From assembly GCA_963729895.1 (NCBI GenBank), contig CAVSQB010000016.1:64001-128000 (forward strand): DNA of 64,000 nt, read 5' to 3'. Under the pieces are notes generated by a model. It was not told where the DNA came from. It was given only the letters and a program-made list of their open reading frames with translations, and ran no database searches. This document shows, piece by piece, positions 1 through 8,311 of this stretch. Each line of letters begins with the position of its first letter. Positions within the stretch are counted from its first letter, which is position 1. The stretch is from an uncultured Fibrobacterota bacterium (GTDB lineage Bacteria; Fibrobacterota; Chitinivibrionia; Chitinivibrionales; FEN-1185). A program made the translations under genes and the position numbers.

Positions 1-73
1 GATCCAGGAAATCTTGAATAATAATCGCGTCAATGTCGCAAACGACGACATCGCCGTCCGGGCTGAGGACTTG

Positions 74-1369
74 AGGGGACCTCTAAAAATTGCCTAATTT
101 GCCCAATTAATGCTTGACAAAGGCTATTTCGTCAATTATTTTAATTCCAGACAACAAACCTGCGAACCCACTACCGTCTGGAGGATATTGCGATGGGACA
201 GATAGGCCTTTTTGACCTTGAGAATCGCCTTTCCGAGCTTTCCGAAATGGGAGACCCTCTTGAAACCATCAATCGGGCCATACGTTGGAAGAGTTTTCGT
301 CCTGTTATTGACAAGGCTTTTCGCAAGGAACGGAAGAGCAACGCCGGTCGTCCACCGTACGATTATATCCTGATGTTCAAGATTCTCGTGTTGCAGACGA
401 TGTATGGGCTTTCCGATGCGCAAACCCAGTTTCAGATTCTGGACCGATTGACGTTCAAACGGTTTCTTGAACTCACTTCCGAGGATAGCATTCCCGACGA
501 GAAAACGGTCTGGTTGTTTCGGGAAACGCTGACACAAGCAGGCGTTGTCAAGAAGCTGTTTGACCTGTTCGGTCGTCAGTTGAACGAAGCGGGTTACACT
601 GCCCAGAAAGGCCAAATAATAGATGCGAGTTTTGTCGAGGTACCTCGCCAGAGAAACACGCGGGAGGAGAATAAAGAAATCAAGAACGGGGGCACGCCGC
701 AGGAATGGGAAAAGCACCCTGAGAAACTTCGTCAGAAAGATGTTGATGCGCGATGGACGAAGAAGAACGATCAGACGTTTTTTGGCTACAAGAACCATGC
801 GTCGGTAGACGCGAAGCATAAAATCATTCGAGACTATGCGGCGACATCCGCAGAAGTGCACGACTCCAATATGCTTGAACCTCTCCTTAATCCTGAGAAC
901 ACGAACGCGGACGTGTTTGCCGACAGCGCGTATCATTCGGAAAAGGCGGAACAAAGGCTTGATTATCTCTGGTACAGAAGCAAAATATGTGTCAAAGGGA
1001 CTCGTGGCGCACCATTGACGGAAGCACAATTGGCACAGAACCGGAAGAAATCCAAAGTCAGATCGCGTATAGAACATGTGTTTGCTCAAATAGAAATCAT
1101 GTTTCGTGGCAGGATCAGGTGTATCGGGCGGCTGAGGGCCGCGGCGAAGATAGGACTCCTGAACCTGGTTTACAACATAAAACGCTTTGCATATCTTGAG
1201 TGCCACGCCTGAAAAGCGGGACAGGACCGCACAAGGCCCCCAAAGGGACCGAAAAAAGAACAGTTTTGGGCACCTATCAGACAAATAGACGCCCTGACAT
1301 CGCGAAATAATACTATCTGTCAACATGATCTTGGAATCTACTATTTTACAGAATTTTTAGAGGTCCCCT
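74..1369 (+). mobile_element. IS5-family insertion sequence
   Basis: Perfect 18-bp terminal inverted repeats AGGGGACCTCTAAAAATT (74-91) and AATTTTTAGAGGTCCCCT (1352-1369) flank one transposase ORF. The 4-mers TTGA (71-74) and TTTA (1369-1372) bordering the GGGG/CCCC ends are an imperfect duplication. Confidence 0.92.
193..1212 (+). CDS. IS5-family DDE transposase
   Basis: 339 aa with GRPPY, IPDEKT, IIDASFV, FGYKNH, ADSAY and RSRIEHVF motifs; GAGGA RBS. Confidence 0.93.
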   Translation: MGQIGLFDLENRLSELSEMGDPLETINRAIRWKSFRPVIDKAFRKERKSNAGRPPYDYILMFKILVLQTMYGLSDAQTQFQILDRLTFKRFLELTSEDSIPDEKTVWLFRETLTQAGVVKKLFDLFGRQLNEAGYTAQKGQIIDASFVEVPRQRNTREENKEIKNGGTPQEWEKHPEKLRQKDVDARWTKKNDQTFFGYKNHASVDAKHKIIRDYAATSAEVHDSNMLEPLLNPENTNADVFADSAYHSEKAEQRLDYLWYRSKICVKGTRGAPLTEAQLAQNRKKSKVRSRIEHVFAQIEIMFRGRIRCIGRLRAAAKIGLLNLVYNIKRFAYLECHA

Positions 1370-1558
1370 TTAGGGAGGTGAGAGGCAAGTCCGTGCTTAT
1401 TTCGATCTTGAATGCCGAATACGACAGGCAAATCGTCGGGTTCAAGGAGTAGCCGGCCATGCGGGGGTAGTTCAAATAATACCGATAACATTGTACCTGT
1501 CCTTTTGGAAAGGCGTCTATTGATTTAAGCATTTGCACTCAGGGAAAGGAGGATTTGC

Positions 1559-1858
1559 ATGTCCGATTCAACAGGCAGAGACAAGATCAAGTGTTCACAG
1601 TGCGGCAAAGGGAATCTCTTCTTGCACAAAAACCTTTATCGTCTCAGGCAGCTCGGAACCGGCCCTGCAAGACTCAAAAATGATGATGCAGGAGAAAATT
1701 CAGGCAATATTGCCCTGGAACTGCGCACGTGTGATAATTGCGGCTACGTTATGCTTTTTGAGCACGGTCACGATCAGATGGTCAGCCGAAAACAAATATC
1801 GACCGGCATATCATCACAAGTCCGCCGGAGGCCAGGATCGTACCCATGCCGTGGTTGA
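1559..1858 (+). CDS. small zinc-ribbon-like protein
   Basis: AGGAGG RBS; two CxxC pairs (CSQC, CDNC); 3' end overlaps the convergent LysE gene. Confidence 0.55.
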   Translation: MSDSTGRDKIKCSQCGKGNLFLHKNLYRLRQLGTGPARLKNDDAGENSGNIALELRTCDNCGYVMLFEHGHDQMVSRKQISTGISSQVRRRPGSYPCRG

Positions 1859-2417
1859 TCCATGCAATCAACCGGGCCGTTGTGCCGGTCTTCATCCTGC
1901 TGAAGAGGTAGCTTTTGACAATGTCAAGGAACAGCGCGGTGCCGACCACTCCGGCGAGGTAGACGAAAAACGGACGGGTGCGGAAACCGAAATTGACCGC
2001 GGCAATGCTCAGAAGGGTCGTCCAGATCAGGAAGACAAACGGGTTCGTCATGTTCACGACGAACCCTGACAGAAATGCTTTCAACAGGGGTGAGGGACCG
2101 TTATCCGCCGGACCGGCAACGGGCTCCCTGGGACTTGTAAGCACCATACCTATTCCGAAGACGCACAGTATCGCGCCGCAGACGATTCCGGTGGCGCGCC
2201 GGTGTTGCAAGGACTCAATCAGATGGAAAACGCCGACATAATTGACGGCAAGGAAGATAATGACGCTTGCGTAAAGACCGGCCACCACCGCGACACCGGC
2301 AGCGAACCCCCGGCGCAGGCTCACACGGAAGTTGACCAGCATGCCCGGTCCGACACCCAGAGACATGACAAAGGCGGTCAGGATTCCTTGAAGGAATTCG
2401 GTCATTTCGACCCTCAC
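1782..2417 (-). CDS. LysE-family translocator
   Basis: About six hydrophobic segments; GxGP N-terminal motif and GFVVNMTNP motif. Start may be ATG at 2405. Confidence 0.8.
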   Translation of the reverse strand: MRVEMTEFLQGILTAFVMSLGVGPGMLVNFRVSLRRGFAAGVAVVAGLYASVIIFLAVNYVGVFHLIESLQHRRATGIVCGAILCVFGIGMVLTSPREPVAGPADNGPSPLLKAFLSGFVVNMTNPFVFLIWTTLLSIAAVNFGFRTRPFFVYLAGVVGTALFLDIVKSYLFSRMKTGTTARLIAWINHGMGTILASGGLVMICRSIFVFG

Positions 2418-2561
2418 CTACACAGAATCTACCGGCGGATCATGAGCATTCGATACTGTCATGGTTAGAAATCGCCCGGGGCCGCACCCGGCGGCCGAGC
2501 TGCAGCCAATGCCCACCATCAGGATCACAATATTGACAATAGCACATCAGGCCGATGTTTT

Positions 2562-4316
2562 CTATTTCAGCAGGAGATCGATTCCCATTGCCCGCTCGCG
2601 GGCGAACCGTGGGAACCGCCGGTTTCCCCACAGGTGCACGAGCGGCTGCAGCACCGCGAATCCAGGATTGACAAATGCCCGCTCGAACGGGCGGTAACGC
2701 GGACGCGTCCGGAGGGCAACCGCAAAGAACGCGTTGAGGACTCCCTTGCCGATTGGAACAGCGGAGAAATCGCCGCTGGTGAAGAAGCCGTGCGGATACG
2801 CACGCTTGTACCTATCCGTGTATTCGCGGATACGGCCCGCCAGTTGAAGCGACCACTCGCCGAGGTAGTACTGGCGTGCAAGAGCAAGCAGCTCGAACGT
2901 CGCATATTGAAAATCAAAGTCCCGTAAATCGATGCTGAGTTGGGATGCAAGCCGTTTCATCTCCCTTATGCCCGAAAGAAGCTGAAACCCCTCATCGACC
3001 GCCGACTGCCGGTCGCGAACGGACCGCCGGATCAGGCGGCGAAGCGTCGAATCGAATACGATGGTGTCCCAGAATACCCACAAGAGCGGCGGCAGGCGGG
3101 TCCGCCTGAAATAAAGCGTTTGCCGTGAGAATTCCGGCAAATACCAGAGTCGCTTCATCAGTTCGTCGGAAAGCCGCATGATCTTGACAAGTGGGTCGTG
3201 ATCGCGCCGCGGGAACCGCTGCCGCGCAAAATCGATGACGGCGCCCTCGGCCGTCATGCCTGTGCGGAACATCTTTACCGTTACCGCGGTGTTGATCTCG
3301 TTCCAGAGGGACGAGCCGGGCAGAAACGTCAAGCGATGAAAACGCGACCATCCTCCGGTCTGGCACCAGACATGGATCCCCGCGATAGCGGGACAACGGA
3401 CCAATCGATCCCGGAATTGCTCGTACTCGTAACCGACAAATGATGGAAATTCGCCGAATCCCTCGTATTCCCTGCGCGCCTGGAATTCGACGATCTTGCG
3501 AAGGCTTCCTTCGAAGATAAGCGGGTTGAGCGACAGATACCGGAAAAAATCGGTATCACCGTACTTGTGGGAGACAATCAAGCGGCCGCTCGCAAAGCCC
3601 CCGAATACCTGGTTGTAGGTGACCGGATTCCAAATCAGGTCTCCGATCTTGTGGACCCCTACCGTCCATGTTCTCACGACAAGAAGGCGGCCGAGCCGCT
3701 CAAACACGTTGACCAGTGCGCCTATGAGGCGGCGCGCTTCCGATGCCGTGCGAATAGATAATTTCGACCGCAGATCCCCCGTAACATCGATGCCGTCGCA
3801 CTCCCCCAGCCGCAGGATCAGGCCGCCGACCGCTGGAAAGCGGTCGAACAGGCGTTCGCACAGGACAGCCAGGGCCCGCGCCGTCCCTCCGACGGCCGGA
3901 GCGCCCTGCCCGGGGACAAAAGCCGCGTCAGAATTGACAAATACCAAAAGGCCATGCCGGGCGGCGACCTCGAAAATACGTTCGTACAGGTTCTGGTACC
4001 GGGCGATTTTGTCGCGAAGTCCGGCCGGATAGTCGTCGAGAACCGCCAGATGAGCCAAATCATCAATCGAAATCGCATTGAAGCCGAGTGCGGCCGCCGA
4101 ACGCGCATACAGGTCAAAACGACGCACGATCTGATCGCACCACAGCAGCGGCATGTTCCCGTTTCGTTCGAGAAGCGCAAAGGGGATCTTTGACCAGTTG
4201 ACAACCCGCCCCGGGGAAAGGCAGTGGGGCAGGAAAAATGGTGCGATTGAATCGATGATATAAAGACGCGATTGATCGAGACCTGGAGCGCTCGTCGTGT
4301 GGTCCCTCCGATACAA
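2562..4316 (-). CDS. hypothetical glycoside hydrolase, distantly GH67 (alpha-glucuronidase)-like
   Basis: 584 aa; YARSAAALGFNAISI and KYGDTDFFRY...VEFQARREYEG resemble GH67 YAR...GIN and KxGPxDFQ...EFQITQEY segments. Start uncertain. Confidence 0.55.
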   Translation of the reverse strand: MYRRDHTTSAPGLDQSRLYIIDSIAPFFLPHCLSPGRVVNWSKIPFALLERNGNMPLLWCDQIVRRFDLYARSAAALGFNAISIDDLAHLAVLDDYPAGLRDKIARYQNLYERIFEVAARHGLLVFVNSDAAFVPGQGAPAVGGTARALAVLCERLFDRFPAVGGLILRLGECDGIDVTGDLRSKLSIRTASEARRLIGALVNVFERLGRLLVVRTWTVGVHKIGDLIWNPVTYNQVFGGFASGRLIVSHKYGDTDFFRYLSLNPLIFEGSLRKIVEFQARREYEGFGEFPSFVGYEYEQFRDRLVRCPAIAGIHVWCQTGGWSRFHRLTFLPGSSLWNEINTAVTVKMFRTGMTAEGAVIDFARQRFPRRDHDPLVKIMRLSDELMKRLWYLPEFSRQTLYFRRTRLPPLLWVFWDTIVFDSTLRRLIRRSVRDRQSAVDEGFQLLSGIREMKRLASQLSIDLRDFDFQYATFELLALARQYYLGEWSLQLAGRIREYTDRYKRAYPHGFFTSGDFSAVPIGKGVLNAFFAVALRTRPRYRPFERAFVNPGFAVLQPLVHLWGNRRFPRFARERAMGIDLLLK

Positions 4317-4452
4317 AACCGAACTATGACGCCGGCAGCCACCTTTCGGTAATCAGGAATCCGTTCGTGGCGAGCCTTTCGAACCATGAACTCCCATCTT
4401 CGGTCGCCGCGAAATGCGACAAGCGGGAACGCGCCGGGTCCCCACGCGCAGT

Positions 4453-6903
4453 CTATGCCCCCTGCCGCTCTAAATTGACAATGTCGCCATAGGGCATGTA
4501 GAGTTCCCGCTCTCGCATCTGCCATGAGTCACTTCGCGCGCTGCCGAAAATATCCTGCAGAACCAGATCCCAGCTGTAGGTTTCGGATGCGTGGCGCCGG
4601 GCATTGACGCGCATTTCAAGATATAAACTCGGATAGTCGCCGATCATGGAGATCAGCCCTTGCACTTTGTTCTTCCAATCGTCAAGATTATTTGCTTCCG
4701 CAATGAAGCCGGTTTTTCCGTTAATAATTATTTCCTGCGGACCTCCAAAGTCGGAGACGAGCGCGGGCAGGCCGCATGATTGGGCCTCAAGAACCACCAT
4801 GCCGAATGTTTCGGTAACGCTGGGGAACACCAGAATATGGGAGGACGAGTAGAGCGCCGGAAGGTGAGCGCGATCAATCCGCCCGGGAAAGTAGACCCGC
4901 TTGTGCTGTTTCATTTTTTCGCGAAACTCTTCGAAATAAGGCCCGTTTCCCGCGAAAATAAGATTTACATCAGGGCGATTCTCGATGATGGATTGATAGA
5001 TATCGGCCATGAAATCAAGGTTCTTTTCCTTGCTGACCCGTCCGCTGTGCAGCAGTGTGATTCCATCGGTGATGCCGAACGTCCGGGCAAGGTACTCCCC
5101 GGAGCCGACCGGCGCGAATACGGTGGGGTCGATCCCGCGCCGGAATCTGCGCAGCTTGGTCCGGCTTATGCCGCGGCGTTCGAGAAGGGTCGTATACTCC
5201 AGGGTCGGTACGGCAACCGTTGTAGTCAAAGAATGAAACCAATTGACGTAATCTTCGGTGATGCGGCACAGCGTTTCATCGCCGATGATCTGTCTGAACT
5301 GACGCGTGAAATCGGTATGATAGACCGCGGTGCTGGGTACGTGCAGGAGCTTCGAAGCAAGCACGCCCAACAGTCCAACCGGTCCGGGAGTGGAGATGTA
5401 GATTTCGTCCGGCGCCGCCTCGCAAATCAGCTTGAGAGAAGCGAGCACCGACGGTATGCGTAATGTAAAGGTACTGAAGAATTCCGGCGTGTAGGAGTGT
5501 ATGCAGGGGAGATCGATGACGTTAGGCGGCACAGAAACGCCTCGCTCGGCGTAGGGCGGCAGACAGGTGGCGACGGCCAGATCCAGATGGCGATCGTGCG
5601 ACAATTGCGCCAATTCCTGGAGCGTCGCCGAAACCCCGCTCAATTCCAGGAAGGTGTCGGTAAACCAGACGACCCGTTTGCCCTTTCGGTTTTCGGGACT
5701 GACGTATTCATCCAGCAGTTTGTTGTGCAGCCACCGTGATTGGTTGAGCACGTTGAGCGAGGTAAAGAACGGGATCGAGAGAAAAACGCCCGGCAGAACC
5801 CCCGTAATGCTCCTAAGCAGCTCGACCAGATCTCCTTGCTGAACATCACCGCTTATCTTGACAAACAGCCTGCGAACCAGTTCATCGGCCGCCAGGGTGA
5901 TGGTATTGCTGACAAGAGCCAACTTATCGTCGGCCGACATGTTTCTGTTTTCCTGCAGCGCCACCACCATATTTGAAAGCATCGTCATGAGATTGTCTTT
6001 CTTCATGGCCTTGGCGAATTTCAGTTTCTTCAGGACGGCCTGCTTCTTGAGATCAATCGGCTTTTCATCGAAGATGAGCGAATTGACGGCGCTCAGCACC
6101 GAGCCGGTGAGATGCGATTTTGTTTGCGAAAAATCGTATGCGACTTTGTAAACAGCAAAGGCAAGCCCCTGATAATCGTTGCAGCGGCCATCGGGGCTCG
6201 TCTGTTTTCCACCGATTCTGGCAAGAAATTCTTCGGGCGTCGAAGCATCGGCGCTGGTGTACGTTTTGCCGACAAACAGGCCGCTGTGGTCGTCGGAACC
6301 GCCCACCTCGCCTTTGCGCCACGAGTCGCGGCTGAGGGGTTTGACAAAGTACTTTTCGGACAGCTCCTGCAGTTTCCCCGGCGACAAGGAGGCAAACACC
6401 TTGGTCAGGATGTCTTTGCTGGTCCGCTCACGGCTGCCGTTGTGCGTTTCGAAATGGTCAAAAAGCAGAAACAGGCGCTCGACATGCTCAAAGGTCAGCA
6501 TGTCGTTGGGGGAAAAGGTCAAATGGGCGACCGCATGGGGCAGTTTGGTTTCGGCGAGGCAGTCACGCAGTTCGTAGATGTTTGATCGTATTTTGTCAAG
6601 CTGTCTGAACTGCGGCGTGTCGAGCCCCCATACCAGCATGTGTATTTTGGTCCCGTCCTCCGGAAAGTAGGTGGTTATTTCCACACCCGTGAAGACATCG
6701 GCGGGATGTTTCTCCTGTAAACGCAGCGCACCGTCAATAGTGTTGTGATCGGTAATGGTGACAAAGTCCATCCCCTCCCGTTTGGCAAGCCGGTAGACCT
6801 CCTCCGGTTCAACGTACGACTCGCGGGTCCCGATCCGCTGCAGAAACCATTCCGAGGGACGTTCGGAATAGCAGGAGTGAACATGAAGATCAACCTTGGC
6901 CAT
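4453..6903 (-). CDS. PHP-domain phosphoesterase fused to GT4 glycosyltransferase
   Basis: N-terminal DLHVHS, TITDHN and GGSDDH (PHP); C-terminal YHTDF, GRVSKEKN and ETFGMVVLEAQSCG (GT4); GGAGG RBS before ATG 6903. Confidence 0.88.
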   Translation of the reverse strand: MAKVDLHVHSCYSERPSEWFLQRIGTRESYVEPEEVYRLAKREGMDFVTITDHNTIDGALRLQEKHPADVFTGVEITTYFPEDGTKIHMLVWGLDTPQFRQLDKIRSNIYELRDCLAETKLPHAVAHLTFSPNDMLTFEHVERLFLLFDHFETHNGSRERTSKDILTKVFASLSPGKLQELSEKYFVKPLSRDSWRKGEVGGSDDHSGLFVGKTYTSADASTPEEFLARIGGKQTSPDGRCNDYQGLAFAVYKVAYDFSQTKSHLTGSVLSAVNSLIFDEKPIDLKKQAVLKKLKFAKAMKKDNLMTMLSNMVVALQENRNMSADDKLALVSNTITLAADELVRRLFVKISGDVQQGDLVELLRSITGVLPGVFLSIPFFTSLNVLNQSRWLHNKLLDEYVSPENRKGKRVVWFTDTFLELSGVSATLQELAQLSHDRHLDLAVATCLPPYAERGVSVPPNVIDLPCIHSYTPEFFSTFTLRIPSVLASLKLICEAAPDEIYISTPGPVGLLGVLASKLLHVPSTAVYHTDFTRQFRQIIGDETLCRITEDYVNWFHSLTTTVAVPTLEYTTLLERRGISRTKLRRFRRGIDPTVFAPVGSGEYLARTFGITDGITLLHSGRVSKEKNLDFMADIYQSIIENRPDVNLIFAGNGPYFEEFREKMKQHKRVYFPGRIDRAHLPALYSSSHILVFPSVTETFGMVVLEAQSCGLPALVSDFGGPQEIIINGKTGFIAEANNLDDWKNKVQGLISMIGDYPSLYLEMRVNARRHASETYSWDLVLQDIFGSARSDSWQMRERELYMPYGDIVNLERQGA

Positions 6904-6971
6904 GAGAACCTCCTCTTGTTGCCCGCGCGGCTTCTGCCGCCTCCTCTTTCGTAAATAATATCCGTAGTGCA

Positions 6972-6999
6972 TGTTAGAGGATAATGAGATTTGGTTTAG
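6972..6999 (-). promoter_or_regulatory. 11-bp-periodic tandem boxes (putative Pho-type regulator site)
   Basis: Minus strand CTAAAC-N5-CTCATT-N5-CTAACA upstream of the PHP-GT4 gene. Confidence 0.55.
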
Positions 7000-7169
7000 T
7001 TTTGCGCTGCCGCGAAGTAAAGGATTGAAGAATCTTGTAATCGTTTGCTAATCCCGAAGCACCACGACTACCACTGCATGCAACGCCACAGGAGTAGCCG
7101 CGTAAGCGAGCCTTCGGGGAATGCGCAAACTTTGGGATTCAAATTGCCGCTCCGAAGCAGAGAGGGCTG

Positions 7170-7208
7170 CTCATTAGAATGTAACAAATATCATACGACA
7201 AGCTAACA
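7170..7208 (+). promoter_or_regulatory. 11-bp-periodic tandem boxes
   Basis: CTCATT-N5-GTAACA-N5-CATACG-N5-CTAACA upstream of 7234. Confidence 0.5.
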
Positions 7209-7233
7209 TTCGTTGGCGATATTTTAAACCGGT

Positions 7234-8241
7234 ATGCGGCTCGCTTATGCGGTATGTATCTGTGTGCTCCCGTGTGTGCCCGTTTGCGCCTCAAGTAACC
7301 GTGCGGCGTCACCTCTGCACCCCTTTCGTCCGAACGTCCTTTCGAGCAAATGGTATAGCGAAGTTTATACCGTGACCGGGCTTTATGATGACCGGACTTT
7401 CATTCAGACGCAAATGATGGTCACCAACATAGGGCTCGGAGACAGCAATGCCGCTTGTGAAATGCTTGTTTTGCATTGTGGAGAGAAACCGGACAAGACG
7501 AGCAGGCGGTTCAACAAGACTTCCTGGAAGTATTCGGACAAGCCGAATCCCACCTTGTCGATCGGTTCGTGCCGTCTGATGCAAGACGGAGAATCGACCA
7601 CATGCGTGTTGTCGCTTGACAGTACCGTTGCATCAATTTCACTCGACCGGCCGCCGGGGTCCCTCCAATCACCGGACACCATCTTGACCGGCGGCGCACC
7701 CATGAAGTTTTACACCTACGAAGTGCTCGTTCCCTGGACCAGGACCCTGACCACACTTCGCCTGCCGGGGCATCCCGAAAAGCAATTGCAGGGATTCGCC
7801 ATGATGGAACATTCACGCTCCGTGGGGTTCCCAAAAGACTTTTCGCGAGGCTGGATTTCGTTTTACGGCAGCGGGGCAGGAAGCCAGTTCCTGGCCATCT
7901 TCCATTTTCCGGCATTCAAAGCATCCGGTGCCGTCGGGTGGACATGGGACAGCAGGGAGGAGGCGCCGAAACCAATGACAGGCCTGCGGACGGTGATGAA
8001 AACAACCGGTACGTGCGGCATTTTGCCCAGTGTTGCCTCCCTCCAGGAGCCTTCGTTCATCATTGACGGACAGCAGAGTCTGTACAGGTTTTCGCTGATC
8101 GACGAGCTCGGCCCGATACTCGGAAACATCGTCAGGCTTATTGTGGGAAATCCCGTAACTCGTTTTTATCGCGCGCAAGCACGGGTGGCTCCGGACCAGC
8201 CGGTTATCATGGGAGTTTTGGAAATAATGAATTTGGAATAG
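7234..8241 (+). CDS. secreted hypothetical beta-rich protein, paralogue of 30807..31826
   Basis: Signal-peptide-like N-terminus; shares blocks DDxTFxQxQMxxTNxGL, GKFY/MKFY...VPWxR, RSVG..D..RGW and S.xDELG with the second copy. Confidence 0.75.
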   Translation: MRLAYAVCICVLPCVPVCASSNRAASPLHPFRPNVLSSKWYSEVYTVTGLYDDRTFIQTQMMVTNIGLGDSNAACEMLVLHCGEKPDKTSRRFNKTSWKYSDKPNPTLSIGSCRLMQDGESTTCVLSLDSTVASISLDRPPGSLQSPDTILTGGAPMKFYTYEVLVPWTRTLTTLRLPGHPEKQLQGFAMMEHSRSVGFPKDFSRGWISFYGSGAGSQFLAIFHFPAFKASGAVGWTWDSREEAPKPMTGLRTVMKTTGTCGILPSVASLQEPSFIIDGQQSLYRFSLIDELGPILGNIVRLIVGNPVTRFYRAQARVAPDQPVIMGVLEIMNLE

Positions 8242-8311
8242 CGGCCCGTACCAAAGATGAGGCGGGCCGATACTGCCGCCTCCAACGCCGAACCGGCACA
8301 CACAGGATAGT

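Larger units (their letters stand above)
1..1452 (+). pseudogene. 3' end of an unknown gene interrupted by the IS5-family element
   Basis: Frame from base 2 reads IQEILNNNRVNVANDDIAVRAEDL up to the IS. After the right IR the same frame continues (F/L)REVRGKSVLISILNAEYDRQIVGFKE-TAG (stop 1450-1452). Confidence 0.6.

Noticed and set aside
136..1326. 396-aa minus-strand ORF
   Set aside because: Antisense shadow of the IS5 transposase with no recognisable motifs.
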